Source: a virus
Lineage: Duplodnaviria > Caudoviricetes
Virus record (IMG/VR): IMGVR_UViG_3300049988_000286
Coordinates: 416,001 to 480,000 of that record
Strand: one strand, 5' to 3'
DNA length: 64,000 nt
Part shown: in pieces, positions 46,960 to 58,117 of the stretch
Numbering within the stretch: the first letter of the stretch is position 1
Layout: each line of letters opens with the position of its first letter
Program-made: the position numbers and the translations under genes
The notes under the pieces: model-generated
Database searches by the model: none
The model's input: only the letters and a program-made list of their open reading frames with translations
What the model was told of the DNA's origin: nothing

Positions 46960-47507
46960 AGCACTTCACTACATTCGAGGAGGAACGGCGTCGGGTCGAG
47001 AAGGCTCTGCGGACGATCACCATCGAGGCTCCACTCGAACGCGTCGCGAGTGCCGTGCCGATGAAGTTCAAGGTGGAGCATCGTCATCGGACGCCCCTTG
47101 TCCTTTTTCAACACGGGAACCACCCTACCAAGAACCGATCCTGCGGCGACGGAATCGCCCTCCCAGAAATCCAGTGCTGGCTCGATCTCACCGTAAAGAA
47201 CCACTCCGCTATCCCCGGCGACGAGGATTGCCTTGGTGTCGTGCCACCACGGCGACGGCGGCACTGCGCTCTCTCCCGTGAAGGCGATCACCGCCACAAC
47301 GAGACCATCCTCTACCGCCGTGACAAGCGTTCCCTCCGGGCAGTAAAGGTCTACACCCTCATGGACGTGATTGGCTCTCCGGAACCCGAACGCACCGGGG
47401 TGCTGATCCCCCACAGGCACGCCGGTAACGCCTTCCGGGAGGGTGAGGAAGTCCTCGCTGCCCCGGCTCTCTACCAGCACGCGCGGTAGTGGTGGCAGCC
47501 AGATCAT
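46956..47507 (-). CDS. M23-family metallopeptidase
   Basis: HEGVDL (HxxxD) and HLE (HxH-like) motifs; PTPFL end. Confidence 0.8.
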   Translation of the reverse strand: MIWLPPLPRVLVESRGSEDFLTLPEGVTGVPVGDQHPGAFGFRRANHVHEGVDLYCPEGTLVTAVEDGLVVAVIAFTGESAVPPSPWWHDTKAILVAGDSGVVLYGEIEPALDFWEGDSVAAGSVLGRVVPVLKKDKGRPMTMLHLELHRHGTRDAFEWSLDGDRPQSLLDPTPFLLECSEVL

Positions 47508-48076
47508 GCCGGGCGGCTCCCCGGCTTGATGGCGGGCACATCACGGAGATGATCCGGCACATCATCAGCGGAGAATGTCCGCGCCTCCACTTGTAAGAGC
47601 GATCGATAGCGGACGCCGATGTCAGCGGTTCCGAGAGAGCGGTCGATGATCGATGCCCCCATGCGGACGCACCCTCCCGCGCGCTCGATCGCGGCGATTG
47701 CCTCGCGGGACGATAGCCCCGTCGTGATCACGTCCTCTACCATCAGGACCAAGGCACCCGGCTCGATCTCAAACCGTCGCAGAGCGAAGGTTCGATCGGG
47801 CATTCTCTCTACGAACATATGGGGGATGTCGAGTTCGCGGGCGAGATGCTGGCCGATGATCAGTCCGCCCATTGCTGGGGAGACGATGGCATCGAAACGC
47901 TCCCCTGCGAGCATCACGGCCATCCTGCGGGCGAGTTCATCGGCAACGCGCGGATGCTGCAATGCTCTCGCGCATTGCACGTAGGTGTCGGAATGAAGGC
48001 CTGACGAAAGGAGAAAATGCCCCGACAGAATTGCTCCGTGTCGGGACAACAGCCCCAAGGGGTGCTCCTCCATCAC
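47504..48076 (-). CDS. pyrE: Orotate phosphoribosyltransferase
   Basis: GHFLLSSGLHS, SPAMGG, PRPP motif VEDVITTGLS. Confidence 0.92.
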   Translation of the reverse strand: MMEEHPLGLLSRHGAILSGHFLLSSGLHSDTYVQCARALQHPRVADELARRMAVMLAGERFDAIVSPAMGGLIIGQHLARELDIPHMFVERMPDRTFALRRFEIEPGALVLMVEDVITTGLSSREAIAAIERAGGCVRMGASIIDRSLGTADIGVRYRSLLQVEARTFSADDVPDHLRDVPAIKPGSRPA

Positions 48077-48957
48077 GCGAGAACCACGCCGGGCTTCACC
48101 TTGTCGGAGATCGTTGGGATCACACCCTTGCGAAGCATCTTCTGCTTGGATTCATCGCCGACGAGCCAGCGGTTCCAAGCCCGCACGAACAACTCGATCT
48201 TGTCCATCTCGGAGAGGTCATCGGACATCATCAGCTTGTCGCGAAGCTGATAGATCGCCGAAGAGGCGGAGAGATTCGCGCCGGTGCGGAAGGCTTCCAT
48301 GAAGGTCTTGGCGTCGAGGGGACGCTTGGAGGACAGGATGTAGAACACCAGCCCGACGACGCTGCCTTTCGCCATGTTCTTCAGCCGGTGGCGCGAGTTA
48401 TCGGTCCACGTCGCGATCTCGCGGATCAGAGCATCCTCTTTCACCCGATCGATCTGCTCCATCGTGCTGATCTGGGCGCGGCGACCAAGGTTGCCGTCGC
48501 GCTCCCACGCGATGACCGATCGCGCGATGGCGGCGGCGGTGTTGCTGTTCGCCACACCCTGAAAGGCGAGGTGATCGCCCGCACCCTTCGCCGTACCGGT
48601 GTCGATCGTGTAGCGACTGTCGCGCTCGACACCGACCACGAGCATGGTCTCGAAGCCAACCCCGGCGGCGATGCACGCGTGGAGGCGATGCTGACCGTCG
48701 TTGAGGAGGCCTTCGCGCGAGACGATGATCGCCTCACCGTTGAAGCGGAAGCGTCCTGCGCGCATGTCCGCCTCGTACTGGGCTGATTTGGTGGGCCGGA
48801 TGTTCCGGTTCTGCTCGTTGCGCGATAGGAGAACGGCAGCGCGCTCCGGTGTGATGACGAACCGCTCTGAAACGATTCCCTGCTGGGCGGCGCGGAGAAG
48901 TGCGTTGAACCACTTCAGGGCATCCGCAGTAATTTCGAGGCTGGGTTTGATCTTCAT
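48073..48957 (-). CDS. ParB-like N-terminal domain protein
   Basis: NRNIR...FNGEAII...LLNDGQHRLHA; MKIKPS start chosen. Confidence 0.75.
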   Translation of the reverse strand: MKIKPSLEITADALKWFNALLRAAQQGIVSERFVITPERAAVLLSRNEQNRNIRPTKSAQYEADMRAGRFRFNGEAIIVSREGLLNDGQHRLHACIAAGVGFETMLVVGVERDSRYTIDTGTAKGAGDHLAFQGVANSNTAAAIARSVIAWERDGNLGRRAQISTMEQIDRVKEDALIREIATWTDNSRHRLKNMAKGSVVGLVFYILSSKRPLDAKTFMEAFRTGANLSASSAIYQLRDKLMMSDDLSEMDKIELFVRAWNRWLVGDESKQKMLRKGVIPTISDKVKPGVVLA

Positions 48958-49030
48958 GTTGTGCTCCACCTGCGGACTTGCCGCGAACTCGCCCTCTCTC
49001 GCGTGTCGCGAAAAGGAAAGCAACGAGAAT

Positions 49031-49402
49031 TTATGCCCGGTCGCGATACTCGTTGATAATCGTTTCCAACTCTGCAAGCCTACCTTGATCGCGCGCAGCG
49101 ACGAGGAAGGCCTTTCCGGCTTCGATGTTCGAGAGATGGCCCGCGACACTGATCCCCAGACGCCGTGCGGCATCCATCTTCTCCGAGACGCGGAGTTGGA
49201 AGAAGGCGTAGACGAGATGACGCGAGAGCGCGGGGATGTTGTCCGCTACAGCGACGCTAGGATAGCTTTGCTCACACCATCGGTTGCGTGCTTCCTGAAC
49301 GATGCGGCGATCTTCATCGTCGAGGTCAATGTCGTATTTGGCTCGCAGACCATCTACGACATCGAGCACGCTCCCGAGCGTCTCCAACTCCGCGCCGGTC
49401 AC
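49031..49402 (-). CDS. Hypothetical protein (123 aa)
   Basis: Coupled ORF. Confidence 0.6.
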   Translation of the reverse strand: MTGAELETLGSVLDVVDGLRAKYDIDLDDEDRRIVQEARNRWCEQSYPSVAVADNIPALSRHLVYAFFQLRVSEKMDAARRLGISVAGHLSNIEAGKAFLVAARDQGRLAELETIINEYRDRA

Positions 49403-49875
49403 CCCGGTGTCTTCTCGGTAAGTCCGAGGAATTCCGAGACATCAGCCCCCATGGTGAAGTAGAGGCCCGACATCGAGGATTGGACCACCGTTCCGCGACG
49501 CACCGGAAAGACCTCCGCCTTGATCCCCCGCTCATCGAACAACTCCTCTGCGTGTTCGATCTTGAACAGGAGACCGCGCGATTCGACGCGATCCTCCTCT
49601 GGCCCAAACCTCCGTAGCTTCACTGTGTTGTGCTTCTTCCCCTCAAGGCCTCCGCGATCCTTCTCATCGTTCCAGTAGCCACGCTCGCGCATAACGTCGT
49701 CGGGAACGATCGTTCCTTCGGAGAGGTAGATCACCGGCTCATTGACGGACCAGCGAAAGGAGCCGTCATCGAGGCGGTTGGCCACCACCTGATGCTCCAC
49801 CCCCGCCAGTGATACGACGGACAGGCTGATACCTAGAGGGCGCACGGCAGTCACCGTGGTGATGATAGCGGTCAT
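49399..49875 (-). CDS. Stand-alone tRNA-binding OB-like domain resembling the N-terminus of DRB0094-type RNA ligases
   Basis: QVV...VIY...VP...VKLRRF...ESRGLLF...GADVSEFLG pattern. Confidence 0.55.
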   Translation of the reverse strand: MTAIITTVTAVRPLGISLSVVSLAGVEHQVVANRLDDGSFRWSVNEPVIYLSEGTIVPDDVMRERGYWNDEKDRGGLEGKKHNTVKLRRFGPEEDRVESRGLLFKIEHAEELFDERGIKAEVFPVRRGTVVQSSMSGLYFTMGADVSEFLGLTEKTPG

Positions 49876-50087
49876 TCTTGTTCCCTTACTTTGATCGAAA
49901 CGCTATTCAGATCGGGCGCGGAGCCGAAGTCGCCGTATCTGGCACCCTCGTCACTGACATCCCAGACGAAATCATGACGGTCTACGTCAACGCCGAACCG
50001 CTGCGCGATTTGCTCGATCAACAAGTCAGTGACATCATCTTTCGAGAAGGTGTAAGTGGTCTCTTTCGCGACCTTTACGTCAACCAT
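49872..50087 (-). CDS. Hypothetical protein (71 aa)
   Basis: SD AAGG; coupled ORF. Confidence 0.6.
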   Translation of the reverse strand: MVDVKVAKETTYTFSKDDVTDLLIEQIAQRFGVDVDRHDFVWDVSDEGARYGDFGSAPDLNSVSIKVREQE

Positions 50088-50252
50088 ATCATCACCTTAT
50101 GTTCGGGACATCCCTGACGGCTTTCTGGATTTGTGCCATCGCGGACGAGAACTCACCCTCCCAGAGACGGCCAGCCTCGACATCGAGCGCCAGCTTCTCC
50201 GCCAAGGCGGCGATGACGCGCAGATTGACCGACGCGAGGCGGCTCTCTGGTG

Positions 50253-50411
50253 TCATCGCTCACCCTGCTTGGCGATCTGTTCGAGCGCCTCCGCTTGCCT
50301 TGCTGCGATCGACAGTGCCATGACCTTCTCCCTCCCCGAGGGGCCGAGCGCTTCATAGGCCGTCCCATAAAGGGAGAGCGCCATTAGGTCGAGGGCAGCC
50401 GACGACATCAT
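50253..50411 (-). CDS. Small hypothetical protein (52 aa)
   Basis: ATGA overlap with the upstream stop. Confidence 0.4.
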   Translation of the reverse strand: MMSSAALDLMALSLYGTAYEALGPSGREKVMALSIAARQAEALEQIAKQGER

Positions 50412-50875
50412 TGCTCCGCGTCTCGGGACTGATAGGAGTCGATCACCTCCTTGTTGCGGTACCGCACGCCCTTGATCATGTTCTCGGAGACGTTCCGCTT
50501 GAACTCCTGCGTGAGCGTGGCGGCGATCACCGAGAGGGTCTTCCGCTCCGCCGACAACTCGATCACCCGCTTGGTGAACGAAGTCGAGTGATAGCCCGCG
50601 AATGAACTCGGGCTGCACTTGGAGGCATCGATCTTCTTCAAGACCGCGAAGGCTTCCTCTGGCACCTTGTCTGTTTTGCGCCAGTGCTGCAACGAGGACA
50701 GGGAATAGTCACTGTTCTCGGTGAAATTTGTCTGGGCGCGACGAGGCGACCCGAGATGCTCGGTCAACTCCGCGATAAAATCCGCCCATGGGCGGGTCTG
50801 TCCTTTGGCCATTTCTTCAATCCAACTCCGTGCCGACACGATCACCAAGACCCTTTTCTCGGCAATGTCAAGCAC
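50408..50875 (-). CDS. Putative HTH DNA-binding protein, paralog of the C-half of 55759..56550
   Basis: AATLTQEFKRNVSENMIK versus AAVILTDEFERIFTDNMIK. Confidence 0.55.
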   Translation of the reverse strand: MLDIAEKRVLVIVSARSWIEEMAKGQTRPWADFIAELTEHLGSPRRAQTNFTENSDYSLSSLQHWRKTDKVPEEAFAVLKKIDASKCSPSSFAGYHSTSFTKRVIELSAERKTLSVIAATLTQEFKRNVSENMIKGVRYRNKEVIDSYQSRDAEQ

Positions 50876-50885
50876 GAACTTTGAA

Positions 50886-51815
50886 CTATGTGGATGACCG
50901 CTGCATCTTTTTCCAGTCGCTCTCCCACATTACGATCACCCGGTACCCCGCTTCCTCAAGCAGCCGCTGCTTCTCTAACGTGGACGCGTAATGGTGGCCA
51001 AACGTCTTCCCCGTTTTCAAATTTACCGCTTCCGGCGAATAGAGCGCAGGGTTCCCGTGCCAGTAATCTCCATGGTACTCATAGATGGTGTTGGTGACCG
51101 GATCGAATCCATCGACACGATACCCCGTTCTCATCCCTTCAATAGGGAGGTAAACTTGCCGGTAAATGTCACCATCCGGCAGTCCTACACTATCTAGGTA
51201 GGCTCTTTCGCCTTTGGAGATATGCTTCGAGCACTGCGGACAACCGGTGCGCTTACGCAGATGGGCGACAGCGATTTGACTGAACATTCCATGATCGGGG
51301 CAGACTACTTGGATGTGAGCAGTCATCGTAGTATAACTTTCCCTGACATAGGTATAGCGACCAGAGTGCACATCGGAAGCCTCTCGGATAAAGTCATCGA
51401 CGGGGAGCGTAGCAGTTCCTCCACACCGCGAGCATCCCTGACGAAGGTTAACATGGCCGCTCGGTCGTTGCTCAAACGGGCCGTGCAGCGCACAAATTAT
51501 CGTCATCTTCTTGAGCGCAGTGGAGTAGGATGCCCGATCATATTGATAGCGTTCACCATGAACCTTCCGGGCATCTTCAACAAAGTCATCGAAGGACTTA
51601 CGACATCTCGTTCCTGTATCGGCAAAAGAACATAATCGGCAGCCTTTACCGGATAAATGGTCGCTGGGCCGTTGCTTAAATGTACCATGGATCGAGCATG
51701 TAATACTTACCGGAATACTATTCCTGAAATACGAAACAGAGTTGTATCCGTAGCGTTCTCCGTGCACTCTCCGAGCAGCATCAATAAATTGAGGTGTAGT
51801 CTTCCTAGCAGTCAT
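50886..51815 (-). mobile_element. Free-standing homing endonuclease-like gene (three Zn-ribbon repeats plus PD-(D/E)xK/Vsr-like nuclease)
   Basis: Repeated C-x2-HG-x-F-x-Q...H...GC-x2-C; RVDGF...IYEYHGDYWHG; visibly lower GC; divergent from terL. Confidence 0.8.
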
Positions 51816-51828
51816 ACCTTAATATTAG

Positions 51829-53448
<1,620 letters not shown>

Positions 53449-53682
53449 TCAATCCAGCATCGTCCGAAAACCAAAGAGCCGGAACAGCACTTCATCATCG
53501 GCGCGAATTTTGAAGCGATACCACAACTTCGCCCCACTGACGTATCGCGTCCAGCCGAGTCTGCTGTTTATCCATGTGCCCTGCACCTGCCAGATGAAGG
53601 GGATACCCTGATAGCGACAACCGGCGAATAGTCGGTAAAAGTCAGGATAACCCATCTCGACTACGAGTCGGACCGTGCGCAT
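53449..53682 (-). CDS. Small protein, F-x3-D-x3-F-x-L family
   Basis: FKIRADDEVLFRLF. Confidence 0.55.
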   Translation of the reverse strand: MRTVRLVVEMGYPDFYRLFAGCRYQGIPFIWQVQGTWINSRLGWTRYVSGAKLWYRFKIRADDEVLFRLFGFRTMLD

Positions 53683-53984
53683 TCGATTTCCTTGATTTGA
53701 ACTTTGACAAACATCGCATCGAGGTCACGCATGATGAGGCGGCGGCGCGGTCGTTTATTGGGGAACATCCGTCTTCGCGAGTAGTAGGCGGGACCACGGA
53801 ACAACGGCTTGGTGATCTTCCCGTAACCGGTCACGTAAGGAAATGTCGAGCACAAGAGCGGGATACCGACTTGCCTCGCCCATGCCATGAGGGTGCATAA
53901 CTCCCGCAGGGAGAGCTTACGCTCCAAAGTGCGGTTACGCCCTCGCTGCCATTCTCGCCCTTTACGCGACCCTGACATACTCAT
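53661..53984 (-). CDS. Small protein, related family (start uncertain)
   Basis: W-x-R-x-x-GIP and LIMRDLDAMFVK shared with neighbours. Confidence 0.45.
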   Translation of the reverse strand: MSMSGSRKGREWQRGRNRTLERKLSLRELCTLMAWARQVGIPLLCSTFPYVTGYGKITKPLFRGPAYYSRRRMFPNKRPRRRLIMRDLDAMFVKVQIKEIECARSDS

Positions 53985-54222
53985 CCCCGAGGAACAACAG
54001 GGTAATAGCCATATCGCAAGGCCTCACCATGAAACGTCGATGACGACGGCGCGTCTGATCTGCCATCAATTCATACCTCGAACCTCGGTACACTCGTCGA
54101 TAACCGCGCGCAAAACCCAACCCGGCAATCTGGACACAAGGGACTCCATTGGCTCGACACCAGCGCTTGAATTCATTCACGCGTGAGCACGACTGATTGG
54201 CGAAGAAGTGCGCGTGAGGCAT
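53962..54222 (-). CDS. Small protein, related family (start uncertain)
   Basis: WCRANGVP and FMVRPCDMAITLL. Confidence 0.5.
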   Translation of the reverse strand: MPHAHFFANQSCSRVNEFKRWCRANGVPCVQIAGLGFARGYRRVYRGSRYELMADQTRRRHRRFMVRPCDMAITLLFLGDEYVRVA

Positions 54223-54235
54223 ACCCCGCTATAGT

Positions 54236-54481
54236 TCACAGCATGAGGCGAAACAAGGCTTCATCTTGGGGCCGAACGAGGAAGACCATGGGAGTCGTCA
54301 CGGGACACGGCGGTCCCGAGGCCCGCTCCACCCGTCTAGTCGATACAATGAAGCGCAAAGGCGCTGACATCTCTGCACCCGCGTAGGCGCGACCGCAGTA
54401 CACCACGGGGATACCAGATTGGCGAGCCACTGTCATGGCTGCGACTAGGCGGTTGTAGATGGTGTGGACAACGATACGCAT
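54236..54481 (-). CDS. Small protein, F-x3-D-x3-F-x-L family
   Basis: ARQSGIP; FLVRPQDEALFRLML; SD AAGGA. Confidence 0.6.
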   Translation of the reverse strand: MRIVVHTIYNRLVAAMTVARQSGIPVVYCGRAYAGAEMSAPLRFIVSTRRVERASGPPCPVTTPMVFLVRPQDEALFRLML

Positions 54482-54489
54482 GGCGATCC

Positions 54490-55050
54490 TTTGAAGTCGA
54501 GCGCATAGCGCTCTCCTGATTTGCCTTCAAGCCCTCACTAGCGTTCGGTCTTTCGACAAATCACAAACCTTAACTCATATTCCCATAGATAGAGACGATA
54601 CTCTTTATCCCCTCCAAGACCAACTCATCACTGGGATGCGCGCACATGGGCGCGAACGCTGACCTTGGAGGGGGAAGAAGAATTGAAAACACATTCCCAT
54701 GAGTATCAACGGATTAGCTCGCGCCCTCGGCGTCTATAGCGTGGCTGGTGGTCACCCGAGACCCAGCACTGGCGCGCTCTCCCAGACCCTTTCGGGTCTT
54801 GACGGTTATCTTGAAAGAAGCTCATCTGGGACGCCGCCTATTACCTTGACGCCCAGACGCGGAGGGGTGTCAGCAGGACATGGCCCTCCTCTTTTCGGTG
54901 TCTCTTGCTACCCGCTGTGCGCGGAACCGGCAACACCTACCCGGTCGGCTATCCTGCCCTACATCTTCCCGGAACACGGCGACTACGGCCACCTGCAAAG
55001 TCCATCGAATGTCTATTCAATCGGGCACACGGCCCTTGGATAAATTTGAG
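54490..55050 (-). ncRNA. Candidate large structured non-coding RNA or long 5' leader
   Basis: No credible ORF; nested helices such as the 10-bp 54609-54618/54664-54673 and a GAAA-capped 54784-54799; upstream TTGACA (55079-55084) and TACAAC (55055-55060). Confidence 0.5.
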
Positions 55051-55080
55051 TCCTGTTGTAGAATCCGGCTTCGAGTCGTG

Positions 55081-55350
55081 TCAATTTCGGAATTCAACTA
55101 CAGAGTAATTTATCCCAAATAATACCCGATCCTCTTCTGACGTGAAGATAAACCAAATATGGGGAGCGTGATCTTCCACCAAGGGAGCGCTGGTAAGGTT
55201 AGCCTCGCACCATAGGAGAACTTCATCACGGAGCCACCACCGACTATCGAGCGGTGTAACATTTAGATCGCCGTCGAACAGATCAGCTTTCAACAGCCTG
55301 ATGGTGTCCGCGACGCATGGGACGAGAAAGAAATTAGCACTGCATTCCAA
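55081..55350 (-). CDS. Small protein, F-x3-D-x3-F-x-L family
   Basis: WCEANL...FIFTSEEDRVLFGINY. Confidence 0.65.
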   Translation of the reverse strand: MECSANFFLVPCVADTIRLLKADLFDGDLNVTPLDSRWWLRDEVLLWCEANLTSAPLVEDHAPHIWFIFTSEEDRVLFGINYSVVEFRN

Positions 55351-55762
55351 GGCTCAACGCTCCGGAGAAACGCGGCGGAACACCATCGGCGAGATATTGC
55401 CGGATACGCGCCGCAGCCTGTGCGGCGGTTGGTTCGATGTTCGCCCAGCCACCATCGAAGAGGTAGGAGAACGACACGCCCTCGACTCCGAACACATCGT
55501 TGGCGTACTGGTCCCAGCATTCGGTGCCACGCGGCACCGGGACACCGGCAGCGGGTCCATGGCCGAGCGCGCACGCTACCGTGCCGCAGCCCATCTCCGC
55601 GACCCTATCCGCAACCTTGAGTTCATCCCTCTCCATCAGCGTTTCCTGCGCCGGGCTGTGGAAGTACGTCTCCATGTCGAAGTGGAGGTAGTTGCTCGGA
55701 AGCGCTTCGAGATGGCTCGCCAGCATGGCGAGGTTGTCGGCATGGCGTGGCTCGATCATCAT
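55334..55762 (-). CDS. Hypothetical protein (GCGTVACALGHG motif)
   Basis: 142-aa coupled ORF. Confidence 0.7.
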   Translation of the reverse strand: MMIEPRHADNLAMLASHLEALPSNYLHFDMETYFHSPAQETLMERDELKVADRVAEMGCGTVACALGHGPAAGVPVPRGTECWDQYANDVFGVEGVSFSYLFDGGWANIEPTAAQAAARIRQYLADGVPPRFSGALSLGMQC

Positions 55763-56550
55763 TGCTTCCTGCTCTGGCCGATCTCTGGGCCAAACGCCGG
55801 ATTGGTGAACACGCCGGTGCGTGCCCGCGAATCCAGCTTGGTCCGCTTGATCATGTTGTCGGTGAAGATGCGCTCGAATTCATCGGTGAGGATCACCGCT
55901 GCTTCCTTCTCGGTCTTACCCTCGTCGATCAGCGCGCGCAAGCGGCGAACCTCCGGCAACGACCACTTCTCCTTGTGGCGCTTCGGTGGCGGCGCGGGCT
56001 GCAATTCCGCAATGGCGGTGACGTAATCGGCATCAACCCAACCCCGCAATCGGAAGAATTGGATGCGCGACCGTGGTAGGCCGGTCTGATCTTCGAACAC
56101 CGCTTGCCAACGGTGATACGCCCCGGTGCGGGTGGAGACAAGCGCCGCCCACTCCGTGTAGGGCATCGATCCGTCTTCCTGCACCTTGATTTTCTTCGAC
56201 GACGCCGCTGCCATGTTCTTGTTCTTGGTCAGCAGCGTGGCGATCTCGGCGGTCAATCGAGCAACATCGCGTTCGAGATCGACGATCTCCTGCTTCTGCT
56301 GCTCGACCGTTGCGGTGAGGGTGATGTTCTCCTCGGTGAGACGCATCTTCTCCGCCCGCGCCTCCGAGAAGGTCTGGAAGGGCTGTGGCGTAGCCGAACG
56401 CGCGGGGACGATCGAGCGAATATACTCCGCCATCCCCCCTGCGCTATCGGCGGCACGGCGGATCGCCACAAGGGCGTTCTCGCGCTCGCCCGGATTGGTG
56501 GTTTCCCGCAATGCCATTTCCAGCATTGCCACAGCCCTCGTGTTCATCAT
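55759..56550 (-). CDS. Coiled-coil protein with C-terminal HTH/Myb-like domain
   Basis: TTNPGERENA N-terminus, heptad region, KWSLPEVRRL...GKTEKEAA. Confidence 0.65.
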   Translation of the reverse strand: MMNTRAVAMLEMALRETTNPGERENALVAIRRAADSAGGMAEYIRSIVPARSATPQPFQTFSEARAEKMRLTEENITLTATVEQQKQEIVDLERDVARLTAEIATLLTKNKNMAAASSKKIKVQEDGSMPYTEWAALVSTRTGAYHRWQAVFEDQTGLPRSRIQFFRLRGWVDADYVTAIAELQPAPPPKRHKEKWSLPEVRRLRALIDEGKTEKEAAVILTDEFERIFTDNMIKRTKLDSRARTGVFTNPAFGPEIGQSRKQ

Positions 56551-57125
56551 TCGGCTGCCGCAGCCTCCGACGCCGACGCACCGGCATCATTGGCATTCAT
56601 CGGGAGGCGCAGAAGCGCATCGCTGCTCACGCCGCGCATCTCGCGAATCAGGGCGATCGATTCGCGCATCTCGGCATTCATGTCGCGGAGGCCGATGAGT
56701 TCGGTCAACTGCGCGGTGTGCTCGGTGGCGAGGTGGGCGAACGGCCCCATCAACTCACCCATGCCCTCGTCGAAGGTGATGTTGCCACTGGTCATGTGGA
56801 TGAACATCTTGAACATGTGGGTGGCGTCGGCGTGGAACGCGGACGGAATGGTGCCCAGAATGCGCTGAAGAGCAGCGCCGCCGGTAGGAACGTTGTTCGC
56901 GGTCAGGACGCCGCGCTCGGTGCGCTTCGTCGCCCAAGCGGGCATCTTGCCCCGCATTGGACCCTTGATCAGACCCTTCCGGACCAGCTTGCGGCCATCG
57001 GGATTGTCGAGCAGAAATGCATTGAGCCGAATGGCGCTCGTGTTGAGCAGCTTGGCATACTGGGAGACATTGCCACCCGGAAGCGCTTCGATGAAGGCTG
57101 CGAGATGCTTGTTCGTCAGATTCAT
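56547..57125 (-). CDS. Hypothetical protein
   Basis: SD GAGG before MNLTNKH. Confidence 0.65.
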   Translation of the reverse strand: MNLTNKHLAAFIEALPGGNVSQYAKLLNTSAIRLNAFLLDNPDGRKLVRKGLIKGPMRGKMPAWATKRTERGVLTANNVPTGGAALQRILGTIPSAFHADATHMFKMFIHMTSGNITFDEGMGELMGPFAHLATEHTAQLTELIGLRDMNAEMRESIALIREMRGVSSDALLRLPMNANDAGASASEAAAAE

Positions 57126-57298
57126 TATCGGGTTCCTCGAATAGCCGCCCGTAGACGGCGACGCCATTCGAAATCGCAAATCAACCCCAAGGTGTCAACG
57201 GCCTTCCCACGCACCAAGCAACAAATATGATAAAAGGGGCGGGGGACAATCTATCCCCCACCCCCAGCGGTAGTTCGGTAATGTGTTTTTGACCTTCG

Positions 57299-58045
57299 TT
57301 AGATCAGACCCGCTTGCGCCTTCTGCTGGTCGTTCAACCAAAGTCCTCGGGCATCCAGTTCTGCTAGTGCGCGCTGCTGCTGCTCTCCGCGCTCGTGAAT
57401 CGCCTGAATGATTACTGCATAGTTGGGAAGATCATCCATGCCGTTATCGATTTCCTCATCGAGAAGTTTACCATGGTTGAGGCCATGGGCGTGAGCCTCG
57501 GCGGTGTTGCGATCAGGGTAGTAGTCCAAAATCGCATCCTCGGCATCGACGACGACGAAACGCGTTGCCGCTTCGTCGCTCACCTCGTGCCAGCCGTTGC
57601 CGGGACCGTCGTTCTCCGCCACACCCACGACGGTATGGGGGGTCAACTCGGCATCGATGTCGGCGGCGACCATCTGGTGGTCGATATCGATATCCGCGTC
57701 GGTGATCTCTTCCTCATCAACCATGGCGTGCGACACACCCTTGAACCCCATTGCGGGATGGTCGGTAAAGATGTTTCCGGTAGGGGGCACGTTATCGGGT
57801 GAGGGCGCTGTTGCGGGCTCGATGGTCTTGAGTGACCAATCGGGCTGGTGACCACTGTCAAATCCGGCAGCGATCAACTCCGCGATATGGAACATCGCCG
57901 ATTCGTCTTCGAGCACGCGCGGATCGGCGTTCAGCTTCCAGTATGGGGCAAAGCCCTCATGCTCGCCCGCGCGGACTGCGTTGATGATGGTGGTGTGGAG
58001 CGAATCGTCCTTGATCGCTTCCATGATGGTGATGAAGTGGCGCAT
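57299..58045 (-). CDS. Acidic putative head-internal protein
   Basis: MRHFITIME; TAAATA at 58072-58077 plus SD GAGGG. Confidence 0.7.
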   Translation of the reverse strand: MRHFITIMEAIKDDSLHTTIINAVRAGEHEGFAPYWKLNADPRVLEDESAMFHIAELIAAGFDSGHQPDWSLKTIEPATAPSPDNVPPTGNIFTDHPAMGFKGVSHAMVDEEEITDADIDIDHQMVAADIDAELTPHTVVGVAENDGPGNGWHEVSDEAATRFVVVDAEDAILDYYPDRNTAEAHAHGLNHGKLLDEEIDNGMDDLPNYAVIIQAIHERGEQQQRALAELDARGLWLNDQQKAQAGLI

Positions 58046-58117
58046 GTACCCTCGCGTGCAAAATCTCCCTCTATTTAGTTTATTGCACACGGGATCGCCG
58101 CCCCGCTACCATCGGGT

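Noticed and set aside
55060-55071. AGAATCCGGCTT resembling the 3' P4 strand of RNase P RNA
   Set aside because: No complementary AAG(U)CCGG 5' strand at a suitable distance (AAAGTCC at about 54997 continues ATCG), and it lies in the spacer of the minus-strand promoter.
54699-55122. Plus-strand ORFs 54699..55043, 54880..55122 and 54905..55108
   Set aside because: No SD or late promoter, atypical composition, and three overlapping frames; treated as chance ORFs in a structured non-coding region.
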